Shown piece by piece: positions 44,901-56,010 of a stretch of 64,000 nucleotides of DNA. Both the position numbers and the translations under genes were made by a program. The notes beneath the pieces were generated by a model that saw only the letters and a list, made by a program, of their open reading frames with translations, was not told where the DNA came from and made no database searches. Source of the DNA: Macrostomum lignano (taxonomy: Eukaryota); the NCBI GenBank assembly GCA_002269645.1, contig NIVC01000093.1, positions 969,891-1,033,890 on the forward strand, in the 5' to 3' direction. Positions within the stretch are counted from its first letter, which is position 1; each line of letters begins with the position of its first letter.

Positions 44901-44969
44901 AACAGTCAGCTGATCTACTAGAATGTTATGCAATACTATTTATAACAAAACAGACTCACCAGTAGACAT
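41923..44969 (-). CDS. Small Rieske [2Fe-2S] ferredoxin-like protein (RFESD-like), 125 aa: complement(join(41923..42015,42825..42940,44158..44316,44960..44969))
   Basis: Spliced product MSTGGEDSTLWQKVGPVHELAATRCRRLYTKETANDLVLVHYKNNFYAMNAWCPHQSGPLFHGYIEEYRGKCSIVCPWHGYAICLQDGSTTYGLQQETFECKVEAGQLFVKCPFEILLKPVLKQG*. Both Rieske ligand boxes (CPH, CPWH) are present; all introns are GT-AG and phase-consistent. Confidence 0.88.
42061..42758. repeat. 34-bp minisatellite (GTCAGCTGATAAGAGCCGGAGGAATGAGGTGGCT), Rieske intron 3
   Basis: About 20 tandem units. Confidence 0.95.
43201..44110. repeat. 12/24-bp array (TGTGACACAGGA + TGTGACTCAATA), Rieske intron 2
   Basis: Direct tandem units. Confidence 0.95.
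44385..44922. repeat. 21-bp array (CAGTCAGCTGATCTACTAGAA), Rieske intron 1
   Basis: About 25 tandem units. Confidence 0.95.
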
Positions 44970-45841
44970 TCTTGAGCTCAATCAATAATTGATCGTAGAA
45001 TAAAATCTTTTTTTCAATCAACTATATAAAGACACGACTATTGCAGATTGCGGCAAGATCTTTGCACAGCAATGCAATGCAAATAGGGGGGGGGCTAAGA
45101 CTTAAGTAAGTTGCAGTTTGTTCACTGTGTAGGAGCGTAGGACCAAGTTGAGGTGGGATGGACGGCGCGAGGATGAGAGATAAGGGAGGTGGACGGGATT
45201 AGGGCAGTGCGTAGGACAGGACTCGAAGAGTCTCTTCCCAGTCGCTTACCCTTTCAACACTCTAGTCAAGATTCGACGCAAGGGGGGAATGAGCTCGGAA
45301 CGGAAACTGGGGAATTTTCGGGAATGAGTGTACAGTACACTGAAGCCCCATCGCCCATAGCAACTGACAGTACAGCATCTTGTCCAGTAAGCCATAGCTC
45401 GCAGGCATTTGTTGCTTGGTCTATATACTAGCATAGAAGTTCAGAGACTTTTTTCTATCTATTCTATTTCGTATCTTGTTTACGCGTAGACGCACTATAA
45501 AAATGTTTGCTTTTTTGCTTAGTCTAATTTAGTCGGTAGCAATTTTTGTCTCAAATGAGCACACTTTGCTGTCGAATTTCTGTGCTCTGCACCGTCTCTT
45601 ATGCCCCGAGCAAGAGTCAGAGATGCGGCAGAGCCTTGGCTGCTGTGCCAAGTTGAGCTATACCAGAACAATAGAAAGTTGGATAGGTTTTATGGGGTAA
45701 CTCACGACTCGTGCTTTTTATGGCTGTCTTTTTCGATGACATGAATATAAATGAGTCAAAAAGAGAAAAAACGAGTTACGAAAAAAGCCAAGCACACTCG
45801 CGGAATTTGTAATTGTAATTTGTAGAGTTCTGGCCAGAAAA

Positions 45842-48800
45842 ATGTCTGAGAAGCTGCAGAAAATTCTGGGTAAGTTTATACTCAAACTTTTATTAGGATT
45901 TGATCCTATTCACTGCGTGTATTATGGTTTTTTAATGTACAAGTAGAGGGTCTTAATGAGTGTCAGTGAGTCTCGGTGAGTCTCTGTGAGTATCTGTGAG
46001 TCTCTGTGAGTCTCTGTGAGTCTCTGTGAGTCTCAGTGAGTCTCTGTGAGTCTCTGTGAGTCTCTGTGATTCTCAACGATTCTCAGTGAGTCTCAGTTGT
46101 TCTCAGTGGTTCTCTGTGATTCTCGATCAGTGATACTCAGTGATTCCCTGTGAATTTTAACGATCATAAATGGTTCTATATAAGTGATTCTACGAAGTAA
46201 ATTGTTTAAAATGATTTTTATGGAACTAGTGACCGGCTTCTAAACTGAAACTGAAAATGATCTATTTTTAGAAAATATATTAAACCTTTTAGATACTCAT
46301 GAAACTGCATACCTACTAACTGCACTACTCATTGCAAGTAGTACGCTAAAGGAGTACTAGTAGAAAACTTTTTTGAATATTTCAGCCCACTCTAAGGATC
46401 TAATCAGCTCGCTGCAGGTGCTAATTTACGCCGAGAAGAAGGCCGACTCGAATGTGATCGAGGAAGCAAAGGCGATGATCGAGGAAGCAAAGGCGATGAT
46501 CGAGGAAGCAAAGGCGAAGGCTGTCGAGAACTTAAAAAACTATGACGCAACCGATGATTTGACCGACGAGAACGGCGACACGCCGCTGATTCTGGCGATC
46601 AGTTCGGGTCATCTGGACTTGGTCGAAACCTTGACGCAGAAGATCAAAGGCAGTCTGGCTGGGTTAGACGCGGACTCTGCCAGTAAGCAGTGCCGGAGAC
46701 TACTGAGCAGATGCAACAAGCAGAGAGAGAATGCTCTGCTTCGAGCGGCAGGCATGTGCAACGCAAAGTTCTGCCAACAGGAACAAACGACCGAGTGCCT
46801 CCTGGAGAGACGAACTGAGAAAATATTCCTCCACTTGCTTTACTTCCTGCTCGATAACTGTTCCAAGACTCATTGCGAAGACATTTTAAATCACAAGAGC
46901 GAGAACAGACAGAATTTACTTCACCTGATGTGTTCAACCGAGTACTGCGGGAAATGTCAGAAATTCTGCTTAGCCGAAACTGCTCTAAAGAGGCTGAGGG
47001 ATGACAAGATTCGAGTGGATGCCCAGCTTGAGGACTTCAAGTACAATACACCGCTCTTCTTGTTAATCAAATCGATTGCTCAACACTGGACTTCCGAGAC
47101 AGCAGAACCGGACGTTAAAGCTGCCGAGACTATTCTAGATGAACTGCGCTTCTATTGCGAAATGTTTGGTATCAAGTTCCGGTCGCTACTAAAAAACTCA
47201 TACGGCATGGACGTTGCTCACATCTGTGCCAGGCTTGGCTGCATCAGCAGCGCCAGTGACAGCCTTTACAATTACCTTGCGCAGTACGCCCAGAGACAAG
47301 GCTGCATCCTGGAGCTGTACAAATACAAGCGGACCACCTTCGCGTCGCAGACAATACTCGGCGGTCCCATCGACGGTCCGGATGCTCCTCGCAGTTCGCG
47401 CCAGAGACCGTTTCCCTACGGCCTGTGGACGGCTTTGCACTTTGCTTGCAAAGGTGGACACGTAGATAGTGTCGCCTACCTGCTGAAAGAGCGGTTCAGC
47501 CTGCTAGACTGTACCAAGTGAGACTTTTGTTTGATCTACTGATTTTTCAGACGGTACGAATAAAGTGAGAACTGGCCCAGACTTGGCCCAGATTCACAAC
47601 GAGTAAAATAAAATTAATTACGCGTACAGAGCTTCTATTTGACTTTTTAGGCGTCATGCGTCCTTCTCTACCAGTGTATACTCAGCAACATTGAAAGGTC
47701 GCCACCCTTCACCTGGCCAACCATTTTGTTATTAAAAATGCTTTAAAAAACAATGAAAACCGGGCGAGGCTTCAATCTATCCAGTCTTCGCCCTCTGCTC
47801 TTCCCAATCCCTCCTCACCCAGCTCAACTCTGCGTCGCGTGGCGCAAGTTGCGTCACTCAAAAGTCAATACTGAGCTGGAATTTACTGCGCACTCTCAAT
47901 TGGTGGCGACTTTTTAATGTTGTTGAGCATACATGAATGTAGCTTGTACTGTCGCAAACTGCAATTTGTGATGCAACTCCTACTAAAAACGTATACACCT
48001 ACCAATTGTAAATAAATCCATCGTTCCTATTATTCTTTGGCCTCTTGCTCAAAGAGTTTTCTTTATTGCAATCAGAAACGCAGAATTTAAGCAGCCGATG
48101 CTCTTAATAAGCAAATTCTCACTTTATTTACACGGCCTGTAATCGATTTCTTAGCCAATAAAATAATATGCTAACTAAATAATCGGCTATTTTTAGGGAC
48201 GGCAAGACGTGCACTGATCTGGCATTTGAACGACCCCAAAGTCGAGATGCAATCTTGCAAGCCTACAAGCAGATTGGCTCCGCAAACGATGGCTTGGGAC
48301 CTAACGGTATGTCGTGGGTGCTAGAGTATGCCAGGAGTGTGGATAGTGTAAAATGTGCTCTGGACTTCTGCGACGGCGACTGCGAAAATCACCAAGACGC
48401 TCTCACAGAGCGGGAGGCTGACGAAGAGCTCCTGGCGGCGTGGCGCCTGTTCAAGAACAAAGAAAAAACATTTCTAAAGCAATGCGACCAGCTGAAAAAG
48501 ATGACAGTGAAAGCAGTCATGTATATGTGCTTTGAAAACGATAGCGCTACTCAGTACAGAGCTCTGCTGCACTCCTCATTGCTGCGCAAGGAGCTGCGTA
48601 AGCCGAGTGAAAATAGGAAAAGAAATCTGGGAGAGCTATTGTCCGACACTGAAATTGTCAAGTTTTTCCGCAAAATTGCCAAGCAAAAGATTCACAAAGG
48701 CTTTCTAAGACCACGGAAAGACCGTTGGCAGATTTTAAAAGGGGACTTTTCCATTGTATTAGATCCATGCTGCTCTCCGAAAAAAGAATACTGCGACACG

Positions 48801-51029
48801 CCATTGTTCTCCTATCTCGACAATGGTAGAATTTTTCAATGCAAACTAGGCAAGCCCACCAAGTACTTTAAAGAGCTGTCGCTGGTTGCCGTAGCCATCA
48901 GCACAGGTCGGCCCTGCATGGCTAAAGCGCTGCTGATCACCCGTCAGTTTGACATGATCCCAATGTCCCTTGCCGCCATTGTTCGCTGCAATCGTATGAT
49001 AGAACAGGAGAGCCTCATTAACTACTACCCGATACGGGACACCAATGCCGAGTTGAAGGGCATTAAGGCGTTTGCATCGAAGATCGCCCTAAATGCCATC
49101 GATGCCCTGATCCGTGGCTCCACTGACAGCGAAGCGGACTTAGTCTTTACGTACATGCTTGGCAAGATGATTGGCGTCGACAGTACCGGAACTAGTGGAC
49201 GGCTGCCAAGCTCAAGACATCTGATACCTAAAAGTACGACTAAGCAAAATGGGAGTAAAAACGATTCGAGGTGGCGAAAGTTTTCCACACTCGAGCTGAT
49301 CAGGAAGTCCGAAAGGGAGAGTCTGTACGGAGCAGAATGCATCCAGGAACTGGTGCAAAAGATCTGGCGTCAGCGACCGCAATACTCGAGCGCCAAGAAA
49401 GCCGATATTTTCGAAGAAAAGCTTGATTATCTTCGTTCAAATTCTTCACCGGATTCCGCAAGCGAAAGTGACAAAGGGTGTGGCATGAACTTCCTAAGAT
49501 ACGTCACCTGCCCGAAGCGTACCCTGTTGTGCTACGCCACGACCACCCTTCTCTACATATCACTGCTCATAGCTTCTCTTGTAATGCCATCGGTCAACTG
49601 GAGCTCGTTAGACTTTATTCTTGTGGTTTACCTGATCTCGTTCATTCTACAGGAATTTCACGAATGGCGAATCCGATACACAACACCTGGAGAAGGGCAC
49701 AGGTCGTACTTTTTTGATGCCTGGAATATTTACGATCAGCTGAATATCATCTTCTTGCTCGCAGCCTTTTTTGTAAAGTTTTTTAGTGGCCGCGAGAGAG
49801 GCACCATGTATGACGACGATGCGACAATAGTCGGCAATCAGTCCGGCATCTACGGTCACTTCCTCTTCAAGATGCTCATGTCAGTCGCGCTCCTGTTGGC
49901 CAGTGCCAAATTTATGAAAACTCTGCGCTACTCGCGTCCAATAGGCACCAACGTGGTCATTATGCCTCAGATTTTCTATCGCGACTTGCTGCCGTTTGTC
50001 ATCATACTGACCATACTAATCCTCTCTTTTGGCGCAGTCTTCATAGCCACCTTGACAGTCGGTCAGTACAGCTTTGAAGACGCATTCGGTGGCAAAACGA
50101 AGCACAGAAGCTTGGAGACATTGTTTGAAATTTACACGAGGCCGCTGCTGACAGCATTTGGTGAGCTACAGCTGGAGAAGCTGTACGAATGCGAGCCAAA
50201 GGACGGTGAACGAACCATTGACGGCTGCTACTATCCACTCGGCATAACAATCTTTGCTAGATACCTGCTGCCGGTTTTCTTACTCATAGTTAATCTCGTC
50301 ATGTTCAACATGCTGATTGCCAAGTTCAGCAACTCGGTCAGCCGATTCGAGCGCCGCTCGCAGCTGATTTGGCTGGCCATGCGGCACGAACTGCTGCTCG
50401 ACTTCTGCCGCCTCAATCCATTGCCTCCACCGTTCAACATCCTTGGCATCATTTCAAATTTATACTTTTACTTTTCGCGTCATTTTGAAGCAAAACGGAT
50501 AAAGCCACTTGTGTTAGACGTGGATCACCAGTACAATAGCTGCTCTGCCTGCAAGCACTGCAGACAGTACAAGGAGACTCAAAAGGAGGCCAAAGACCAC
50601 GTGAAATGCTTTGATATTAACAGATGCTCGAAGTGCAATCCAGCTAAGGATCCCAAAAGAAGCTGCTCTAAATGCCAGCTGTGCCGCAATGTCCAGGTAT
50701 CGCGAAGCCTGGGCAAGGATCACGAAGATTTTCTAATTAGACAGGCGAATCAGTTTCGACAGAAGCGCCATCTGATCCGCAGCCAGAGAGTCGAGACAAT
50801 CGAAGACGACATCGAGGAGGAGCTGCTCGGCAGCGCCAGCCTCGTCAACTCCGAGATCGCCGGCATCCGGTTTGACAGTTCGGCTCGAAACAGCGCCTCG
50901 GAGAAGATGGACGCCGCCCAGAGGAAGCTGAGCAAAGTGCTTCGCTGGGCCAGACGCAGCATGCGACAGCGGAATGGGGATCCGGGTTCCACAGGCGCGA
51001 ATCATGACGAGTCGCAGCGGGGTGACTAG
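45842..51029 (+). CDS. Ankyrin-repeat-containing TRPM/TRPS-like cation channel, 1,330 aa: join(45842..45869,46386..47517,48197..51029)
   Basis: Phase-consistent GT-AG introns. About 6 ankyrin-like repeats (GDTPLILAISSGHLDLVETL; WTALHFACKGGHVDSVAYLL). MHR4-like LVAVAISTGRPCMAKALL and pre-S1 IQELVQKIW. Six hydrophobic segments, pore RPLLTAFGE with two loop cysteines, S6 LVMFNMLIAKFS, TRP-helix IW...RHELL and LPPPFNIL. Confidence 0.85.
45955..46150. repeat. 10-bp array (GTGAGTCTCT), TRP intron 1
   Basis: Tandem units decaying toward the 3' end. Confidence 0.85.
46455..46517 (+). repeat. In-frame 21-bp triplication encoding (IEEAKAM)x3
   Basis: TGATCGAGGAAGCAAAGGCGA three times, identical at DNA level. 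Confidence 0.95.
47675..47933. mobile_element. 259-bp MITE with ~32-bp TIRs, TRP intron 2
   Basis: TGTATACTCAGCAACATTGAAAGGTCGCCACC versus the reverse complement of the right end, TGTATGCTCAACAACATTAAAAAGTCGCCACC (4 mismatches). Confidence 0.75.
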
Positions 51030-52540
51030 CTAAAACTGTGCACTTGACTGAACATACTTCAGTAGACTTTTTTATTTATTTTTCAAAAGGCTACAATTAT
51101 GCTTCCTACCAAGCGTATTGGTCAAGGTCTGCAACATTTAGATGACGAACAGACCTTTCGACGTCCTAAAAACAATAAAGCTAATAGACTCGCAGTAAGA
51201 TGGGGAGTAGATACATGTACTGCCTACGTCTCAACTAGTGCTTAGCAGAAATAGGGGACCCATCTAGGAAGGTCAAAGTGTTCTTCGCAAGTTCGCAACC
51301 GAAAGTTACAAAAATCGACGCTAATTTGTCGTTAAACTCTAGCGTTCAGTGCTTATGATCAGGGACTATTTCCCCCTGTTGTGTGCATGGTGCCTGCGAT
51401 AGACTGATATACATGTAGAATTCAATACACATTGGGATAGCTGCCGCTGTTTTGTCATTCGCTTAAATTAGATCTAGGAATGAAATCAAAGCAAATGAAA
51501 TAGAGTCATGGTTTCATTCGATATGTTTACGCTACATTAAAAATCTTAAATAATTTTTGCTTTGTTTTGTACTATCAAATTTTGTTAGATTTTTTGCCAG
51601 TATTTATGAAAATAATTTATTCATTTGTTTAGTTTTCAGTAACTGTACTTTTATTTTTTTGTTTATCTGCGATGCTTTTTCTATATTTTGATTAGCTAAC
51701 ATGAGAGTTGGTGTGATTTCAGAATAAATAATGTTTAACTAATCTAAAAACTATTTTAAGATTTTTATCGTCATTAATTTTAACTTCTTTACTTTTCATA
51801 CTTTCTATCTAAGCTTAGTTGATTTCTTACTATGAAATATTCAACTGCGATCGTATATATTCAACTTTCGATTATCACTAATCATCACGAAGCCTGCGAA
51901 AGCTAACTGGTAAAGTTTTCAATATTTTCAATTTTGCGATAAAGTGAACCAAATCAATATTCTTTTTTATACTCTCGAGTACGCACTTTACGCTCGTAAT
52001 TTTTTTACTAAAACTGACTGTGATCTGCTGATCAGCCATTATAGTGATAACCCAATTTATTTAGTATTTTAACATTTGCCTCCAGAAATAAACTGCTAAC
52101 ATATATCACCCAATCATATATTGCTGTTTATTTGTATTTTTAAGAAAGCTATTACCCATTAAAATATCAATGAGAGATTAAGCGGACTTTTCTAACAACA
52201 TTTTGTCATTCTAAATCCGTCCAAAGTCCTTTCACAGCACATCCCAAAACAAGTGAGTGAAAATTCAAAAGCCACATTCATTTGGGGCTTTTGGTACATT
52301 AAAATTGGCCGGTGGGTTATCGTGTGATTCGCCCCCATGAGGGCCAAACCCCTAAGGCATAGAGATTGTACATGCCTGGCGATTAGAAAGTCTTTGTTTC
52401 GTTAATTATTCGCACTGGCAGGCGACGGTTCCGGATGGCCGTACAGAATTCTGGACATTTGGTTTTCATGTGAGCTCACGTCAATATAGGCCCTATCTGC
52501 TCTTTCACTAATCCGACCGGTCTTTGTACTAGCAATCTCT

Positions 52541-52855
52541 TTGCTGGTCCCTCCGTCGACTAGCCTTGTTTTGCATGTTCGTTACAAACTACGACCTACG
52601 ACCAGCGTCAATGGTGGCAGGGCCTACTTTTTTGGCGGTTACAGGACCGGCACCTTCTACTCCGGCACCTGGTACTGGCAGGCCTGCGGCGTCCCCTTCA
52701 TGCCGGAGCTGAGGAAGGCCGGGCAGCCGAATAGCGGCGACGACTACAACAAAGCCGACATGTGGACCGACTTTACGGACTCTATGGACGACTCTACAGA
52801 CTCTTATCCAGGAATTGACCAGTCTCTGTGCGAGTGCGTTAATCCGTTTGTGTGA
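52541..52855 (+). CDS. C-type lectin-like domain, probable terminal exon (upstream exons unresolved)
   Basis: YFFGGYR...WYWQACGVPF...GQPN...MDD...LCE echoes the CTLD pattern WIG...W.W..G.P...GQPN...WND...CE. Candidate small upstream exons near 52231-52255 and 52422-52469 could not be phased unambiguously. Confidence 0.45.
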   Translation: MLVPPSTSLVLHVRYKLRPTTSVNGGRAYFFGGYRTGTFYSGTWYWQACGVPFMPELRKAGQPNSGDDYNKADMWTDFTDSMDDSTDSYPGIDQSLCECVNPFV

Positions 52856-52866
52856 ACTTGAGTAAA

Positions 52867-54218
52867 GAACCGGATGGGAACCGGATGGGAACCGGATGGG
52901 AACCGGATGGGAACCGGATGGGAACCGGATGGGAACCGGATGGGAACCGGATGGGAACCGGATGGGAACCGGATGGGAACCGGATGGGAACCGGATGGGA
53001 ACCGGATGGGAACCGGATGGGAACCGGATGGGAACCGGATGGGAACCGGATGGGAACCGGATGGGAACCGGATGGGAACCGGATGGGAACCGGATGGGAA
53101 CCGGATGGGAACCGGATGGGAACCGGATGGGAACCGGATGGGAACCGGATGGGAACCGGATGGGAACCGGATGGGAACCGGATGGGAACCGGATGGGAAC
53201 CGGATGGGAACCGGATGGGAACCGGATGGGAACCGGATGGGAACCGGATGGGAACCGGATGGGAACCGGATGGGAACCGGATGGGAACCGGATGGGAACC
53301 GGATGGGAACCGGATGGGAACCGGATGGGAACCGGATGGGAACCGGATGGGAACCGGATGGGAACCGGATGGGAACCGGATGGGAACCGGATGGGAACCG
53401 GATGGGAACCGGATGGGAACCGGATGGGAACCGGATGGGAACCGGATGGGAACCGGATGGGAACCGGATGGGAACCGGATGGGAACCGGATGGGAACCGG
53501 ATGGGAACCGGATGGGAACCGGATGGGAACCGGATGGGAACCGGATGGGAACCGGATGGGAACCGGATGGGAACCGGATGGGAACCGGATGGGAACCGGA
53601 TGGGAACCGGATGGGAACCGGATGGGAACCGGATGGGAACCGGATGGGAACCGGATGGGAACCGGATGGGAACCGGATGGGAACCGGATGGGAACCGGAT
53701 GGGAACCGGATGGGAACCGGATGGGAACCGGATGGGAACCGGATGGGAACCGGATGGGAACCGGATGGGAACCGGATGGGAACCGGATGGGAACCGGATG
53801 GGAACCGGATGGGAACCGGATGGGAACCGGATGGGAACCGGATGGGAACCGGATGGGAACCGGATGGGAACCGGATGGGAACCGGATGGGAACCGGATGG
53901 GAACCGGATGGGAACCGGATGGGAACCGGATGGGAACCGGATGGGAACCGGATGGGAACCGGATGGGAACCGGATGGGAACCGGATGGGAACCGGATGGG
54001 AACCGGATGGGAACCGGATGGGAACCGGATGGGAACCGGATGGGAACCGGATGGGAACCGGATGGGAACCGGATGGGAACCGGATGGGAACCGGATGGGA
54101 ACCGGATGGGAACCGGATGGGAACCGGATGGGAACCGGATGGGAACCGGATGGGAACCGGATGGGAACCGGATGGGAACCGGATGGGAACCGGATGGGAA
54201 CCGGATGGGAACCGGATG
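52867..54218. repeat. Perfect 11-bp array (GGGAACCGGAT), about 122 copies
   Basis: No variant unit seen over 1.35 kb. Confidence 0.98.
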
Positions 54219-54720
54219 CTTATTATGTGGCTCATTATATCATATACATAAACTTCATTTAATTCATCATAGTCTACATAGTCTATGGTGTATATCTGTC
54301 GCATCGATAGTGTAAATATAACGTTATATGCTTTCTAGAGCACACATAGCGTTAAATGTGGTTCGCCATTGACAATTCCGATCAGAAAAACTAGTCTAGA
54401 AAAAAGGATTTGCTCTCCGGTTAGCTTTTCGTGTGAGCATAGCCTGATAAACTTGTCAATCAACCTGGGGAACAAACGCATAGTTGCTGTATTTTAAGGT
54501 GCAAAATATGGTTTGTGTGTTTAACAAATCGTAAAAACAAATAAACATTGGTTGACTTTAAAATAAAACAGTTTACTAAGGAAGGCAATGTTTTTTTAAG
54601 GCAATTCAAAACGATTATTGCCATGAAACTCAATTTAGCACAGCATGCAATTTGAACTACTGCAAGTAGAGGAAAAAGGATGCGTCAGACGCACACAAAC
54701 GCTTTAAAGACGGTTTACTA

Positions 54721-54960
54721 AGTCACGTGGCCCCATGCCGCGTGTTTGGTCCCCTTCTCTTATCAGCAGGCCGCTCCCTCTCGCCACCAATTCGCGACAG
54801 CCAATGGGCGCGTGCCGCCCCGCCTGGGGCAAGCCCTCCCAACTGGGCCGGACCCTCCCCCACCCAACTCCCCGCGGGGCGTCATCTTGGGTTGGCCTAC
54901 AAAAAGGCCGCCACTGCCCCGCCCAAGAAAGCCGTGACCCCTTGCCGGCAAAATCGCACC
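54721..54960 (+). promoter_or_regulatory. GC-rich proximal promoter of the CDK-inhibitor-like gene
   Basis: CACGTG at 54724, CCAAT at 54787 and 54801, several CCCGCC GC-boxes, directly upstream of ATG 55006. Confidence 0.55.
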
Positions 54961-55005
54961 GAATTGACCCTGCAAGCCTTACAATAAGATCCGGTAGCCT
55001 AAGCC

Positions 55006-56010
55006 ATGCTCCACCTCCAGCCCTGGTACCCGAGCGCCGAGCGCAGCGAAGCCCGAACCGAATGCCTGCTGCACTCGCTGCTAGCCCAGATCGAGGCTGA
55101 TAAGCGACGAGCGCTGAGCACTTTCGGCTTGCGATTCGTTGACCCTAGCAATAACGACGTCGAAGATGTCGAAATGACGACCGACGGCGACGAAGGAGCC
55201 TTTGAATGGCGACCGGCCTCGCAGTTGCCGTCGTTCTATTCGCGCCGTCAACGCCCGGCCGCCGCTACTGCCGCCTCTGCTCTGACTTCGTCCGTGTCTA
55301 CGTTCCGCTTGAGCAGGCGAGGCGCTTCCGTTGCCGCGTTTCGCAGCGTTGCCGCTCTGCGACGCAGCCGCCGGTCCGAGCTCGACGAGACGCCCAAACG
55401 AAGTCGGCTTCGACTGCATCAACAGAAGCCGCCATCGCCGCCGACGCCGCCATCGCCGCCGACCCACCAACGGCGTCGTCATCCGGCGGGCCAACCGGAG
55501 CAACCGGAGAAGCCGAAAAACAAGCCGACCGCGTCGCCTCCACCGGCGGCTTCGTCGAATTTCGCTGGCCGACTTCGCCAGAGGCTGCTGCAGCCGATCA
55601 TTAAGCGCTGCCTCAGCTCAAGTCGGCTTGGCAACTCCGGCGGCGTCGGTAGCGGCTCAACAACGCCTCGACTGATTCGACTGCGACCGCGCAAGTCGAC
55701 GTCGTCTGTACAGCTGCGCGTGTCTGGTTAGTATCAAAATGATTTGTAGACTTGTATAGGCGTCTTAATTTTCAGTCAAATTGATTGATTCAGTCCTTGT
55801 TCATTGGTCGATAGGCCAATCGGTTGATCTACGAGAACACAATCCGACCCTAAAGTGTATTTAATTTAGCAACATGGTAATAGATTTTGTGCACGTTTAA
55901 CACCTACATATTTGCATTGTTTCTTGTATTAAACTTCAGACATGTTTAATCAGCAGAAGAAACAGTCGCCCAAAGCGCTGACAGAACGTGGAAAATCGAT
56001 GCGTTATTGA
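55006..56010 (+). CDS. Cip/Kip-family cyclin-dependent kinase inhibitor-like protein, 263 aa: join(55006..55726,55940..56010)
   Basis: CDI-like helix plus GAFEWRPASQLPSFYSRRQRP (compare p27 GKYEW...LPEFYYRPPRP); CDK sites TPKR, TPR, SPK; G|GTTAGT donor and TTCAG acceptor give ...QLRVSDMFNQQKK..., a PIP-box/degron pattern. Confidence 0.72.

Noticed and set aside
41923-44969. Bacterial horizontal origin of the Rieske gene
   Set aside because: It has three spliceosomal introns and animals have RFESD-type homologues; nothing here supports HGT without a phylogeny.
51820-52540. Upstream exons and signal peptide for the lectin-like exon
   Set aside because: Candidate small exons exist, but I could not join them to an ATG without a stop or frameshift.
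52589-54315. 450-570-aa ORFs (MGTGWEPDGNR)n and reverse
   Set aside because: Read-through of a stop-free 11-bp array; an 11-bp unit is not codon-aligned.
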